A stretch of DNA of 64,000 bases from positions 55,445 to 119,444 of the forward strand of contig JBBQZX010000015.1 in the NCBI GenBank assembly GCA_038207335.1, given 5' to 3'. A model generated the notes under the pieces. That model was given only the letters and a program-made list of their open reading frames with translations, searched no databases and was not told the origin of the DNA. The position numbers and the translations under genes were made by a program. Shown here piece by piece: positions 42,435 through 52,676 of the stretch (position 1 is the stretch's first letter; each line of letters begins with the position of its first letter). Source of the DNA: Chthoniobacterales bacterium (GTDB taxonomy: Bacteria > Verrucomicrobiota > Verrucomicrobiia > Chthoniobacterales > Chthoniobacteraceae).

Positions 42435-43790
42435 GTGCGATTCTCCGCCGAGCTGCAGACGGGCGACCTGAGCAGCGCGAATTGGTTCCGAGGGTTTGCC
42501 AAGAACCCTGCCGTGATCGCGCTGCGTGGACAGCTCGAGGTGAAGCTTGTCGTCGCGGCGATCCGTGCGCCTAACGGGGAGGCTCCACACGAAGGCGAGA
42601 ATGCCACCGACTACATCACACGCATCGCGGACGAGGCGATGAAACGGAAAGATTGGCGGCGGCTGAAGGAAATTTCGGATGGGCTCACGGGCGCTCCGGC
42701 AGCGCTAAATTCGGGAGCACATTAAATCCCATCGCGCTGCGCAGCTATCTCGCGGGGCGAAACCTCGACGAGGCCGGCGTGTGGGCACCCGCCATCACCG
42801 ACTACATCGAGGCACTGAAAACCGCTTCAAAATGCATCCCAACCGAAAAAATCCAGCAGCGCATCGAAGCGATCCGCAGCGCGCATCCCGCCGACTACAA
42901 GCGCGGAAGCGAGCAGGCATCCCTTCTCCCAGCCCAGCCCACCCATTGAAAATCCTCCTCCTCGTCGCCGCCCGCCTCGCGTCGCTCGCCTGCGATGCGC
43001 GTTCCGAAACGTCCGCCGAAGCGCTCGACGCGTTTCAAAAATGCGTCACCACCGCAGCAAAGGACACGAAGCTGCCCGATACCGTCCGCGAGGGCATGAG
43101 GCGTTTCGACTCGCAATTCGCCACCGGCCAGCCGCCTGCCTTTTCAGGTGAAATGCTCCGAGGCTGGATGAATTCCGCGGGAGCATCCTTTCCGGCTGCG
43201 GTCAAAAAAACGGCGCTTGCACTCGCCGATGCTCTCGATCGCGAGAGCGCCTCCCGGGCTTCCGAAACACAGACGCTGACCCGCGAAATCCTCGACGGCA
43301 TCATGCAGGCGGAGTCCGAACAAGCGCTCGCCGATCTCAGCGACAAAGCGCGCGCCGCAATGCAAAATCCCGCCAGCGGCGCCTACTAATCCCCAGGCAG
43401 GCGACACGCCTGCATCCTACCTGCGGCGGTGGCTTATCGCTGCGCGCGACGCAAAGGATTGGCGCCTCATGCAGCGCATCATCGGCGTCGGCGTGCCCCT
43501 GCAGGTGCGCGATCAACTCTGCCTCCAGCAAAGATGACAAGGCGCTCACGCACTATCTCGCAGGCATCAACTTCGAAGAGGCCGGCGTCATCCGTTTTGC
43601 CATCGCCGCATACATCGCCGCCCTGCAGGACGGCTCCGATTTCATCCCTATCCCAGATCTCAGCGCCCGGTCGCAAAACTGCGCAAAGACTACGCCGCGG
43701 ATTACGCGGACGGACTGAACATCGCCGCCAGCGGAGGTCTACCAGCGGCGCCACAACCTACTCCCGCACCGAGTCCGTCACGCTTCCGGC
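42435..43790 (+). pseudogene. Two tandem frameshifted paralogues of an unknown helical protein
   Basis: The same motifs occur twice in broken frames (KDWR; YLAG.N..EAGV...AI..YI.AL....IP; ADY..G). Confidence 0.65.
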
Positions 43791-43941
43791 CATAGCGGCC
43801 ACATTTCATCGGAACGCAGCAGGAGCCTCCATCGCCAGTCCATCGCCGAGGACTTGCGTAAAAAAAATAAAAAAAAAGCTGAAGGAAGCTTCGTTTTTGC
43901 TCGACTCCCTGGATGGCACCGCGGCTGCTAAATCGAGCGGG

Positions 43942-44511
43942 ATGAAGTTTGTCTCGTCCCTGATTTTTCTCTTCCTCACGACGCTGCTTTGCCGCGCCGA
44001 CGAGCTTTCGGGCGATGTGTTACGCGAGATCAATCTGGCGCGGATGAACCCGCAGCGATACGCCTCGCTTCTCGAGTCGCGGATGTCCTCGTCTCACTCG
44101 TCGAGTTCGATCGCCGAGGCGGTGCGCTTTCTAAATCGCGCAATTCCGCTGCCGCCGCTGCTCTCGTCCCGAGGGCTGAGTTCGGCGGCCATGCTGCACG
44201 TCGCGGAGTCCGGCCCGCGCGGCGCGACTGGGCACGGAAATGCGTTTGGACGGATGGGGCGTTTTGGGAGCTACGCAGGTCGTGCGGGCGAAAATATCGA
44301 CTATGGCCGGCACGATGCGCGCGGGATCGTCATGCGGCTGATCGTGGATGAAGGCGTGCGCAGCCGCGGCCATCGCGCGAATCTATTCAGTCGCGAATTC
44401 CGCTTCGCCGGCATCGCCTGCGGCGGGCACGCGCGCTACGGCGCGATGTGCGTGATGGATTTCGCAAGCGACTACATCGAGCGGGGCGGCAGCTCGATCG
44501 CGGGGCTTTAA
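43942..44511 (+). CDS. CAP (SCP-like) domain secreted protein
   Basis: Signal peptide; EINLARMNP, GENIDYG, DEGV.SRGHRANL and CVMDFA. Confidence 0.88.
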   Translation: MKFVSSLIFLFLTTLLCRADELSGDVLREINLARMNPQRYASLLESRMSSSHSSSSIAEAVRFLNRAIPLPPLLSSRGLSSAAMLHVAESGPRGATGHGNAFGRMGRFGSYAGRAGENIDYGRHDARGIVMRLIVDEGVRSRGHRANLFSREFRFAGIACGGHARYGAMCVMDFASDYIERGGSSIAGL

Positions 44512-44550
44512 ACGGGTCGTTGCAGTTCAGGATCGCCGCAACGCGCGCCC

Positions 44551-47500
44551 CTACACCAGCCGCACGGCAAGGTCGCTGGCTGCTTCGATCGCGCCGAAGC
44601 GGAGGTATCCGGCTGTGGCGAATGCCTTGACGGCGGCGAGATTTCCCAGCGCGAGGCTGGAGATGGAGGCGCCTTCGATCGCGAAAAAATGCGGGCTCGC
44701 GGGCGATGGGGTGAGCACGCCGGTGGCCGCGCCGAGCTTGATCGCGCCGATGGATTTTGCAGAGCCCGATGGCGCGCTGCCGGGGGAAGCGACGTCGTCT
44801 CCATCTCCGAAAATAAAGCCCGGACCGGGATTGACGCCCGCGGCGATGCTGCTGCCGGTGGCTGCGCCTGTGACGGTGATGGATGCGATTTTTCCCGCAC
44901 GGGAGAAGGCATCGAGATTCGCGCCCGAGCCGCCAAATACGCCATCGAGGCCGAGGTCGATTCCGGCGAGAAGGAGCGAATCGGTGAGTGCGGCGGGTGC
45001 GGCAGCAGTGCCGATGGTGACTTTCCCGAGGTCGCTGCCGGCGGCGATCGTCGTGCGCAGGAGATCGTGCGTGGAGGTGATGTTTCCGATCGTCGTGGTG
45101 CTGCTGAAAATGGTGTCACGGGTGCCTAGGACGGTGCCGCTGAGAGCATTGACGGCGATCGAGGTGTTGCCGATCACGGCCGCGCGGACGAAGACGTTGT
45201 CGAGCCCCGCGCGGTCGCCGACGGAGCTGAGGCTCTTGATTTTGAAGCCGCCGAAGACTGTGCTCGCGACGATTTCGTAATCGCGGATCGTGCCAGCGGT
45301 GGTGATGAGCGTGCCGAGCGAGCCATTGGTGGCGACGATATCCTGCCGCGTCGCGTCGCCGAAAATGGCGTCTCCCGCAGTCGTGCCGATGAAGTCGAAC
45401 GCGGTGATCGAGCCGATGGAACTGGCAACAAGCGAGCCAGCGAAGATGCCTTTGACCTTCACGTTTTTGATCGAGCCGCTGGCAAAAACTCCGCCGCTGA
45501 AGTTGGTCTTCACGGTGAAGGTCTTCATCTGCGGCGCGTCTGGGTCGGTGAGCGTGACGGTGCCCGCGAAGTCGCCGTTGAGTTTGAGCTTCGCCATGCC
45601 GCCCGCTGTGAGGGTCGCGCCCGCGAGGAAGCTGGCGGCACTGAAGCTGCCGATATTTCCCTCGATATAACTGCCGCTGCTGCCCCATGAGCCGTTTGGA
45701 ATGCTAATGCTGCCGATGTTCGCCTCCGTCAGCGTGCCGACCCCGAACTTATCGAGCTCGAAGACGACGAGCGAATCACCGTGCTTAACCTTGTAGCTCA
45801 CGATGCTCTGCGTGGTGCGGATTGTGCCGGGAAAGGCCCATGAATCGATGACTACTTTGCCCAATCCGCCGCCACCGACGCCGCCCTCGTCGCCAGGCAT
45901 CCCGTCGCCGGTCACGTCGATGATGACGCCCGTGCCGAGGATGCTCTTGATGCTGATGTCGGGATGGTTGTTGTAGGTGTCGGGCGAGGTGTCGTCGCCG
46001 GGGTTGTTGTAGGTGAGGCCGTATCCGAGGCGGATGATGGTGCCTGCGGCCACGTCCTGCACGGCGAGCTTGCCGAGTTTCCCGGCTATATCGATGTCAG
46101 GCCCGTCGCTCGTGCCGTCGCCGAGGATTACGCCTTTGCCAAATTTGATCGCACCGATCTCAGCCGCCGGATCGGGGCTGGAGATTTTATCGACAGTGAT
46201 GGTGCCGCCGCTTCTCGGCGCAGCGATGGCGAGGACGGTCGCGGACGTGGTGTTTGAAAGGACGATCGCGCTGATGATCGTGCCGCCCATGCCGTCGGGC
46301 ATGACGGTCACCATCGCGTCGCCGGTGCCTGCGACCGTGAGCCTTGAGCCGCCCACACTGAGTGCGCCGGAGCCGGGGCTGACCGTCGTGGTGCCGGTGA
46401 AATTGCCGCCGAAAAGCAACGTGCCCACCCCAGTTTTCATGAGCGTCCCGGTGCCGCCGATCGAGCCCGTGAGCGTGAGGGTGCCGGAGGCCACTTCGAT
46501 GGTCGGCACGGCGCCGTTTGCGACGAGATCGCGAGCGATGGTGAAGGTGCCGATGGTTCGCAGCGTGGAATCGAAAATACCGATGACATTCGCCGCGTTC
46601 CCGAGCGCGCCGTCGGACCTCACCTCAAGCGCGCCTCCGAGGATCGAGAGCGTGCCGGGGCCGAAGCTGTTCTGCGCGTTTTTCAGGACGAGGGTCGAAA
46701 ACCCGACTTTCGTCAAGATGCCCGGCCCCGTGATTGCACCGTTGATCGCGATATTTCCCGTGAAGGCGCTGTTGCCGGAGGCGAGAAAGATCGAGCCGGT
46801 GAGGGAGCCGAGGTTCCCCTCGAAATCGCTCACGAATAGCGCGCCGAGTCCGGCAAATTCGCTACTGCTGCCGCCGGAACCTCCGTGGAAAGTCAGCGGG
46901 TTGTTGATCGTCTCCGTCGTTAGAACGGCGAACGTGGCATTCTGCGCGACGTCGATGGGGATTTTGTTGCCCAGCGAGGTGCTGGTGCCAGTCGCGAGCG
47001 CGCCTGCGAGGATGTTGATCTGCCGCGCGGTGAAGGTGGTGGCGTAGCTCACGAGAGTCCCGGAACCGGCCTTTCTGAAATCGAAGCCCGCGCCGCTCAC
47101 AGTGCCGTTCAGTGAAAATCCGTCCACGCTCGTCACCTCGATCGTCGCATTCGCGGCGAGCACGATCGCGCGCGGGTCGGAGCCAAAGAAGCCCGCGGGC
47201 AAATTGTAGCGCACCGTCCCGCCGGCCAAGACGAGGGAATTTCCGCTGATCGGGAGGTCGCTGGCGTACTCGAGGATTCCGCCACTCACCGTGGTCGGGC
47301 CGGTGTTGCTGCTCGCTCCGGTGAGGCCGGTGAGGATGAGCGTGCCCGTGCCGCTCTTCGTGAAGGAGAGCGGCGAAGCGCCATTGAGCAGCGCGCCATC
47401 GAACGTCGTATTCGCCGCGCCACCACTTGTGAAGACCGCGGAAGACGGGCCGTTGTTGAGCAGGAGACCCGCACCGCTCAAGCCGTTCGCGGTCAGGTTG

Positions 47501-49215
47501 AAGCCGTTGAGATCGAGTGCGCCATCGACGGTGAGGTTCGACCCGAACGGAATGATCGCCGCGGACGTCGCCACGAAAATGCCGTCGATCAGGTGGATAT
47601 TCGACGCTTCGGCTCCGAAGCTGACGACGTTGACGGTATCGAACTCGACTAGATATTGCGACCCGCCCGCACTGGTCGAGAGCGTCTGCGACGAATGCTT
47701 GAACGGTGCCACCGCCGAGCCGATATCCCCCGCTGCGGAGAGAAAGAGCGTCGCCGCAGCGACAAACGGAGCCGTGGGATCGACGACGATGGAGCCTGCA
47801 GCGATGAGCGTGAGCGCATTCCCGCCGACATCGAGCCCTCCCGCCGCGTCGATCGCGATCAAGTCACCCGTGGTAAGCGTGAGACTGCTAAAATACGTGA
47901 TCGCCGCCGACACCGTGATCGCCCCGCTGGCCACGTCCCCGATCTGCAGCGTCCCCGCGGAGATAGGCCCCAGGTCCGTGATGCTCAGCGACCCCGGCGT
48001 ATACGTCCCCAGATCGATTGGCCGACCCCCGGTGATTTGCTTGATCGCCACCGTCCCTGCCGTCGAGATCGTCGTCGAGGCCATCGCCAGCGAAAGCGCG
48101 TCCGTGATCAGGCTGATATCCCCTCCCCCGAGACTGCTCACACTCACCCCGTCGAGCAGCATATCCACCGGCCCACCCTGCGAGCCGCCGAAGATCGTGA
48201 TATTCCCACTCCCCGTCGAGCGGATCGTGATCTCGTTCGGATTCGGCGAGAAAAAGGAAATCCCCTCCACCCCCGCCGCATTCGTATTCGTCGCCCCAGT
48301 GATCGAGATCGCACCGTACTGCGTCTGGACTATATGCGCCGCGTTCTCCATCGAGATGCCATCGCTCCCCGAGCCAAAACCCGTCATCGTGATCGCCCCA
48401 TTCCCTCCTGTGAAGATCGTCGTCGTCGTCGCCGAGTAGAGAATCCCCGCGCCAGAGGTCGCCCCACCTTTCCCCGCCACCGTGATGTTCCCCGTCCCCG
48501 ACGCCAGCGTCGCCCCATCCAACACCACCCCATCGAACGTCCCCGACGCCGACCCCGACGCATTTGCCGACAGCGACAGACTCCCATCCACCGTCGTCAC
48601 ACTCGACCCCGGATTCAGCGTGATGTCCCGCACCGAAATCAGCGAAATCGAGCCACTGCCCTGAGCCGTCAGGTCCGCGTTCGCGTTGGAAAGATTGATC
48701 CTCCCCACCCCCGTGCCATTCGCCACAGTCGTCGCCGTCAAATTCTTATTCAGGCCCACCGTCATCGCATTGTTGAAATTGATCGTCCCCGAACTCGTGA
48801 ACCCCGCGTGCCCCCCGATCATCATCGGCCCACTGATCGTAATCGAATCCAACCCCAAGCCCGTATCCACCGTCAGATCCCCCGGCAGCGAAAACGCCGT
48901 CACAAACGTAACACTGTCATTCCCTCCATTCGTCATCACATCGAAGCGCCCCGACACATTCGCGATCGGCACCGTCACCGTATTCCCATTGATCGCGTTC
49001 GCCCCCGAGCCCGCCGTGATCCCATTCGGATCGCTGAAAACGTAATCCACCGCCGTCGTCGAGATCGTGATCGTATCCACTAAATTCGCGCCATCCACCA
49101 CCGACAGATTTCCACCAGTCAGCGACACCACCGAAGCCGGAGCGATCCGCGCCTCAAGAGGCTCGATGCAAGAGCCGATGACAACGCGGCGGAGGAGGGA
49201 CGTGCGAGTTTTCAT
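44551..49215 (-). CDS. Large surface beta-strand repeat protein with LEPR-XLL-like N-terminal motif
   Basis: N-terminal CIEPLEARIAPA; autotransporter-associated repeats (TKSGTGTLIL); Gly/Ser/Thr-rich. Confidence 0.85.
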   Translation of the reverse strand: MKTRTSLLRRVVIGSCIEPLEARIAPASVVSLTGGNLSVVDGANLVDTITISTTAVDYVFSDPNGITAGSGANAINGNTVTVPIANVSGRFDVMTNGGNDSVTFVTAFSLPGDLTVDTGLGLDSITISGPMMIGGHAGFTSSGTINFNNAMTVGLNKNLTATTVANGTGVGRINLSNANADLTAQGSGSISLISVRDITLNPGSSVTTVDGSLSLSANASGSASGTFDGVVLDGATLASGTGNITVAGKGGATSGAGILYSATTTTIFTGGNGAITMTGFGSGSDGISMENAAHIVQTQYGAISITGATNTNAAGVEGISFFSPNPNEITIRSTGSGNITIFGGSQGGPVDMLLDGVSVSSLGGGDISLITDALSLAMASTTISTAGTVAIKQITGGRPIDLGTYTPGSLSITDLGPISAGTLQIGDVASGAITVSAAITYFSSLTLTTGDLIAIDAAGGLDVGGNALTLIAAGSIVVDPTAPFVAAATLFLSAAGDIGSAVAPFKHSSQTLSTSAGGSQYLVEFDTVNVVSFGAEASNIHLIDGIFVATSAAIIPFGSNLTVDGALDLNGFNLTANGLSGAGLLLNNGPSSAVFTSGGAANTTFDGALLNGASPLSFTKSGTGTLILTGLTGASSNTGPTTVSGGILEYASDLPISGNSLVLAGGTVRYNLPAGFFGSDPRAIVLAANATIEVTSVDGFSLNGTVSGAGFDFRKAGSGTLVSYATTFTARQINILAGALATGTSTSLGNKIPIDVAQNATFAVLTTETINNPLTFHGGSGGSSSEFAGLGALFVSDFEGNLGSLTGSIFLASGNSAFTGNIAINGAITGPGILTKVGFSTLVLKNAQNSFGPGTLSILGGALEVRSDGALGNAANVIGIFDSTLRTIGTFTIARDLVANGAVPTIEVASGTLTLTGSIGGTGTLMKTGVGTLLFGGNFTGTTTVSPGSGALSVGGSRLTVAGTGDAMVTVMPDGMGGTIISAIVLSNTTSATVLAIAAPRSGGTITVDKISSPDPAAEIGAIKFGKGVILGDGTSDGPDIDIAGKLGKLAVQDVAAGTIIRLGYGLTYNNPGDDTSPDTYNNHPDISIKSILGTGVIIDVTGDGMPGDEGGVGGGGLGKVVIDSWAFPGTIRTTQSIVSYKVKHGDSLVVFELDKFGVGTLTEANIGSISIPNGSWGSSGSYIEGNIGSFSAASFLAGATLTAGGMAKLKLNGDFAGTVTLTDPDAPQMKTFTVKTNFSGGVFASGSIKNVKVKGIFAGSLVASSIGSITAFDFIGTTAGDAIFGDATRQDIVATNGSLGTLITTAGTIRDYEIVASTVFGGFKIKSLSSVGDRAGLDNVFVRAAVIGNTSIAVNALSGTVLGTRDTIFSSTTTIGNITSTHDLLRTTIAAGSDLGKVTIGTAAAPAALTDSLLLAGIDLGLDGVFGGSGANLDAFSRAGKIASITVTGAATGSSIAAGVNPGPGFIFGDGDDVASPGSAPSGSAKSIGAIKLGAATGVLTPSPASPHFFAIEGASISSLALGNLAAVKAFATAGYLRFGAIEAASDLAVRLV

Positions 49216-49518
49216 GGGGTGGTTATTTTGGGGTTGAATATACCGATTCACCGCGCGCCCGAACAGACGTGTGCCGCTGGGCGTTCTCCGCATTTCGCCG
49301 AGAATCACCCACAGCGTACGCGGCATACGCTAGAGCATCGGCTTTGTCCAATGGAAGATTCGATGCTCAAATTCGATGTTTGGCACGCCGTAGGCACTCT
49401 CAGGAGAGCTGTCGCCGAAAGGCCTCCGTAAGCCGAAACCTGCCGATCCAAAAAGATGCAATCCACCAGAATTGCGCTACCTCTTGCTGGACGCGCGATT
49501 TTCGCTCGCCTATCCGCC

Positions 49519-52500
49519 GTGAACGCCCGCGCTCTCATCTTCCTCCTCGCCCTCGCCGCCGCCGCGCGCGCGGGCGTCGTGACCGATGGCACTGTCGGCA
49601 GCGCGGGCGCGATCGGGAAGGTCGGCGGGAACTTCGACATCCCTGCCAGCCTCGGTACGAAGTCGGGGGGCAATCTTTTCCACAGCTTCAGCGAGCTGAA
49701 TCTGGTCAGCGGCGAGTCCGCGACTTTCAGCGGACCGGGCGATGTGCAAAACATCCTCGCGCGCGTCCGCGGCCCCGAGACGAGCATCGACGGCACGCTG
49801 CGCTCGACCATTCCCGGCGCGAACTTTTTCCTCATCAACCCGAACGGCGTCGTCTTCGGTCCGAAAGCCAGCGTGGATGTCAGCGGCTCGTTCACCGTCA
49901 CCACCGCCGACCATCTGAAGCTCTCGGATGGCGGCCGCTTCGACGCTAAGACGCCTGCGATGGACAGCCTCACGAGCGCTCCGGTGAGCGCGTTTGGCTT
50001 CACCTCGCCGGCGCGGGTGAAGATCGACCGCAGTGATCTGGCGTTCGCGCCGGGCACGACTTTCTCCATCGTCGCGGGGAATATCGACATCGCTGGAAAC
50101 GGCGTCGGCGCTGCGAGGCGCGTGGGCGGCGACGGCGTCGCGATCAATCTCATCAGCGTGCGCGGCGAAGGCGAAGCCCGCCTGCCGGGCACGAGCACGG
50201 CGCGGCTCGTCGATGGGTTTTCGCAGCTCGGTGACATCACGCTCAGCTCGCGCGCGCTAGTGCGCACGGGCGGCGCGCAGGCGGGGCGCGTGGTCATTCG
50301 CGGGGGGAAATTGGTCGCTGTCGAGCAGAGCGGCATCCTCTCCGAGAGCACGGGGTCATCGCCCGGAGAGCCTGTGGATATCAACATTCGCGGCGGGGTG
50401 ACTGTCAGCTCGAGCACGCTTTTGTCCCGCACGAGCGGCAGCGCGGCGGCGTCTGATTTTCTTTTGAAAGCAGGATCGATCGACCTCGGCACAAGTTCCA
50501 CGATCGGCAGCCAGGCGCTTCTCGGCGCTACCTCCAGCGCGCGCACCGGCCGCGTTCGAATCGACGCGGGAACACTCGCAATCTCCGGCGAAAGCTCCAT
50601 CTCCGGCTCCTCCGCGGGCCTCGGGCGCGGCTCGCTCGTCGATGTGAATGCGCGCGACATCCGCATCGTCGGCGACCTCTCCGACACGCAGACCGGCATC
50701 TTCGCGAACGCGTTTGGCGACGGCGCGGGCGGCGACGTGCACGTGCGCGCGGACTCACTTTCGCTGACGCTCGGAGGCTCCATCTCCGCGGATACATTCG
50801 GCCGCGCCGCCGGTGGCAATGTGAGTGTGACTGCCGGCACGCTCGACATCGCCGCCCACGCATCGTCCGCGAATTCAGTAAAGACGGGCATCTTCGCCGA
50901 TTCGCTCCTCGCCGCGACCGCCGGACGCGGCGGCGCGGGCGGGGACGTGACTGTCAACGCGGGCACGCTCCGCATCAGCGATGGCGGACTCATTTCCACG
51001 AAAACCGTGGGTCTCGGCGCGGGCGGCGACACAGTCGTGAACGCCCGCGAACTCTTCATCAGCCGCGGCAGCTCGCCACTTTACACCGGCATCGCCGCCG
51101 ACGCCGCAGCAGGCGCGACGCCGAAAAAAGACAGCGAAGTCGCGCGAACCGGTCCCGGCGGCAGCGTGCTCGTCACCGCCGATGCCGTGCATCTTTCCGA
51201 TGGCGGCCAGATTTCCGCGAACACCGCGACGTTTGGAAAAGGCGGCAGCGTCACCGTCCGCGCCGCCGACATCGAGCTCACGGGCCGCGCCGATGGGCTC
51301 TTCACCGGCATCTCCGCCGAGAGCCTCTCGCCCGTCAGCGGCGGCGCGGGCGGCAATGTCGAGGTGGCCGCCGACCGCCTTCGCGTCATCGATGGCGGCG
51401 GCATTTCCGCGAACACGAACGGCGCAGGCGCGGGCGGCAGCGTGCTCGTGAAAGCCGACAGCATCCTGCTCTCGAACCCCGCCGCCGACCGCTTCACCGC
51501 CATCTCCGCCGTCTCAACTTCCCCCACCCGCGCGGGCCGCGGCGGCAGCATCCGCGTCGAGTCGCGCGGCCTCACGATCAGCGGCGGCGGCACCATCTCC
51601 GCCACCACCGCAGGCCCCGGCGCGGCAGGCGACGTCGTCATCGCCGCCGACTCCACGCGCCTCATCCGCGGCGGCCGCATCTCCGCCGACACCTCCGGCT
51701 CCGGCGCGGGCGGCAGCATTTCGCTCACGGGAAAATCGCTCCTCATCTCGAACACCGACGCCCTCCAGCGCACCGGCATTTTCTCGCGCAGCCTCGCCTC
51801 CGGCGTCGGCGGAGTCGGCGGAAAAATCGCGATCGACGAGGAAACGATCACGCTCACAAAAGGCGGCGCGATCGTCGCCAGCTCCGCGGGCGGCGGCAGC
51901 GGCGGCAGTATTACGATCGAGGCAAATCTTCTCACGCTCGACCGCACCGCATCCATCGAGGCCTCCGCCACCGGTCGCGGCATTGCGGGCAGCGTCGCCA
52001 TCCAGGTCGCCGAGCCGCTCACGCTCCGCAGCGGCGCGACCATCCGCACAACATCGGCCATCAGCGACGCGGGCACCGTCTCCATTTTCTCCGAGACCGC
52101 GATCGATCTCCTCGACAGCAGCATCACCGTCCAGGCCCTCCTCGGAAACGCAGGCCGCATCGCGCTCGTCGCTCCCGACCGCCTCACCCTGCGCCGCAGC
52201 CAGCTCCTCGCCGTCGCCGGGCTCAATGGCGGCGACATCTTCATCGACCCCGAATTCGTCTTCCTCGACCACAGCCTCATCAGCGCCAATGCCGCAGTCG
52301 GAGCCGGCGGCAACATCCAGCTCATCGCCGACTTTTACTTCAACTCCGAGACCCTCATCACCGCCACCGGCACGCAAGCCGGCACCATCAACATCGCCGC
52401 CCCCGAGCTCGACCTCAGCAACGGCCTCGTCAGCCTCCCCGGCAGCCTTATCGACGCCTCGACCCAACTCCGCGACCAATGCGCGCGCCGCCTCGGCGTT

Positions 52501-52596
52501 GATTTCAGCAGCTTTCTCGTCCTCGGCCGCGGCGGCGTCGAACTCAACCCCACCGACCCCGTCCTCTCGATCCGCAGGGTGAAAATCGCGCGCTGA
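49519..52596 (+). CDS. Filamentous haemagglutinin N-terminal (TPS) domain protein
   Basis: NLFHSFSELNL, NILARV and FLINPNGVVFG; repeated G.GG.V.V.A..L.I..GG.ISA units; start GTG 49519 or ATG 49456. Confidence 0.9.
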   Translation: MNARALIFLLALAAAARAGVVTDGTVGSAGAIGKVGGNFDIPASLGTKSGGNLFHSFSELNLVSGESATFSGPGDVQNILARVRGPETSIDGTLRSTIPGANFFLINPNGVVFGPKASVDVSGSFTVTTADHLKLSDGGRFDAKTPAMDSLTSAPVSAFGFTSPARVKIDRSDLAFAPGTTFSIVAGNIDIAGNGVGAARRVGGDGVAINLISVRGEGEARLPGTSTARLVDGFSQLGDITLSSRALVRTGGAQAGRVVIRGGKLVAVEQSGILSESTGSSPGEPVDINIRGGVTVSSSTLLSRTSGSAAASDFLLKAGSIDLGTSSTIGSQALLGATSSARTGRVRIDAGTLAISGESSISGSSAGLGRGSLVDVNARDIRIVGDLSDTQTGIFANAFGDGAGGDVHVRADSLSLTLGGSISADTFGRAAGGNVSVTAGTLDIAAHASSANSVKTGIFADSLLAATAGRGGAGGDVTVNAGTLRISDGGLISTKTVGLGAGGDTVVNARELFISRGSSPLYTGIAADAAAGATPKKDSEVARTGPGGSVLVTADAVHLSDGGQISANTATFGKGGSVTVRAADIELTGRADGLFTGISAESLSPVSGGAGGNVEVAADRLRVIDGGGISANTNGAGAGGSVLVKADSILLSNPAADRFTAISAVSTSPTRAGRGGSIRVESRGLTISGGGTISATTAGPGAAGDVVIAADSTRLIRGGRISADTSGSGAGGSISLTGKSLLISNTDALQRTGIFSRSLASGVGGVGGKIAIDEETITLTKGGAIVASSAGGGSGGSITIEANLLTLDRTASIEASATGRGIAGSVAIQVAEPLTLRSGATIRTTSAISDAGTVSIFSETAIDLLDSSITVQALLGNAGRIALVAPDRLTLRRSQLLAVAGLNGGDIFIDPEFVFLDHSLISANAAVGAGGNIQLIADFYFNSETLITATGTQAGTINIAAPELDLSNGLVSLPGSLIDASTQLRDQCARRLGVDFSSFLVLGRGGVELNPTDPVLSIRRVKIAR

Positions 52597-52676
52597 ATGG
52601 TCTCCCTCGCAAACGAGTTTACCGAACCTCACCACCGAGCTTAACCTCCCTCTCTCGAGATTCCCGCCTATACCTG

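Noticed and set aside
43860..43877. A-rich tract as a phase-variation site or retro-element tail
   Set aside because: It is interrupted by a T, intergenic and lacks supporting context; more likely a promoter-upstream A-tract.
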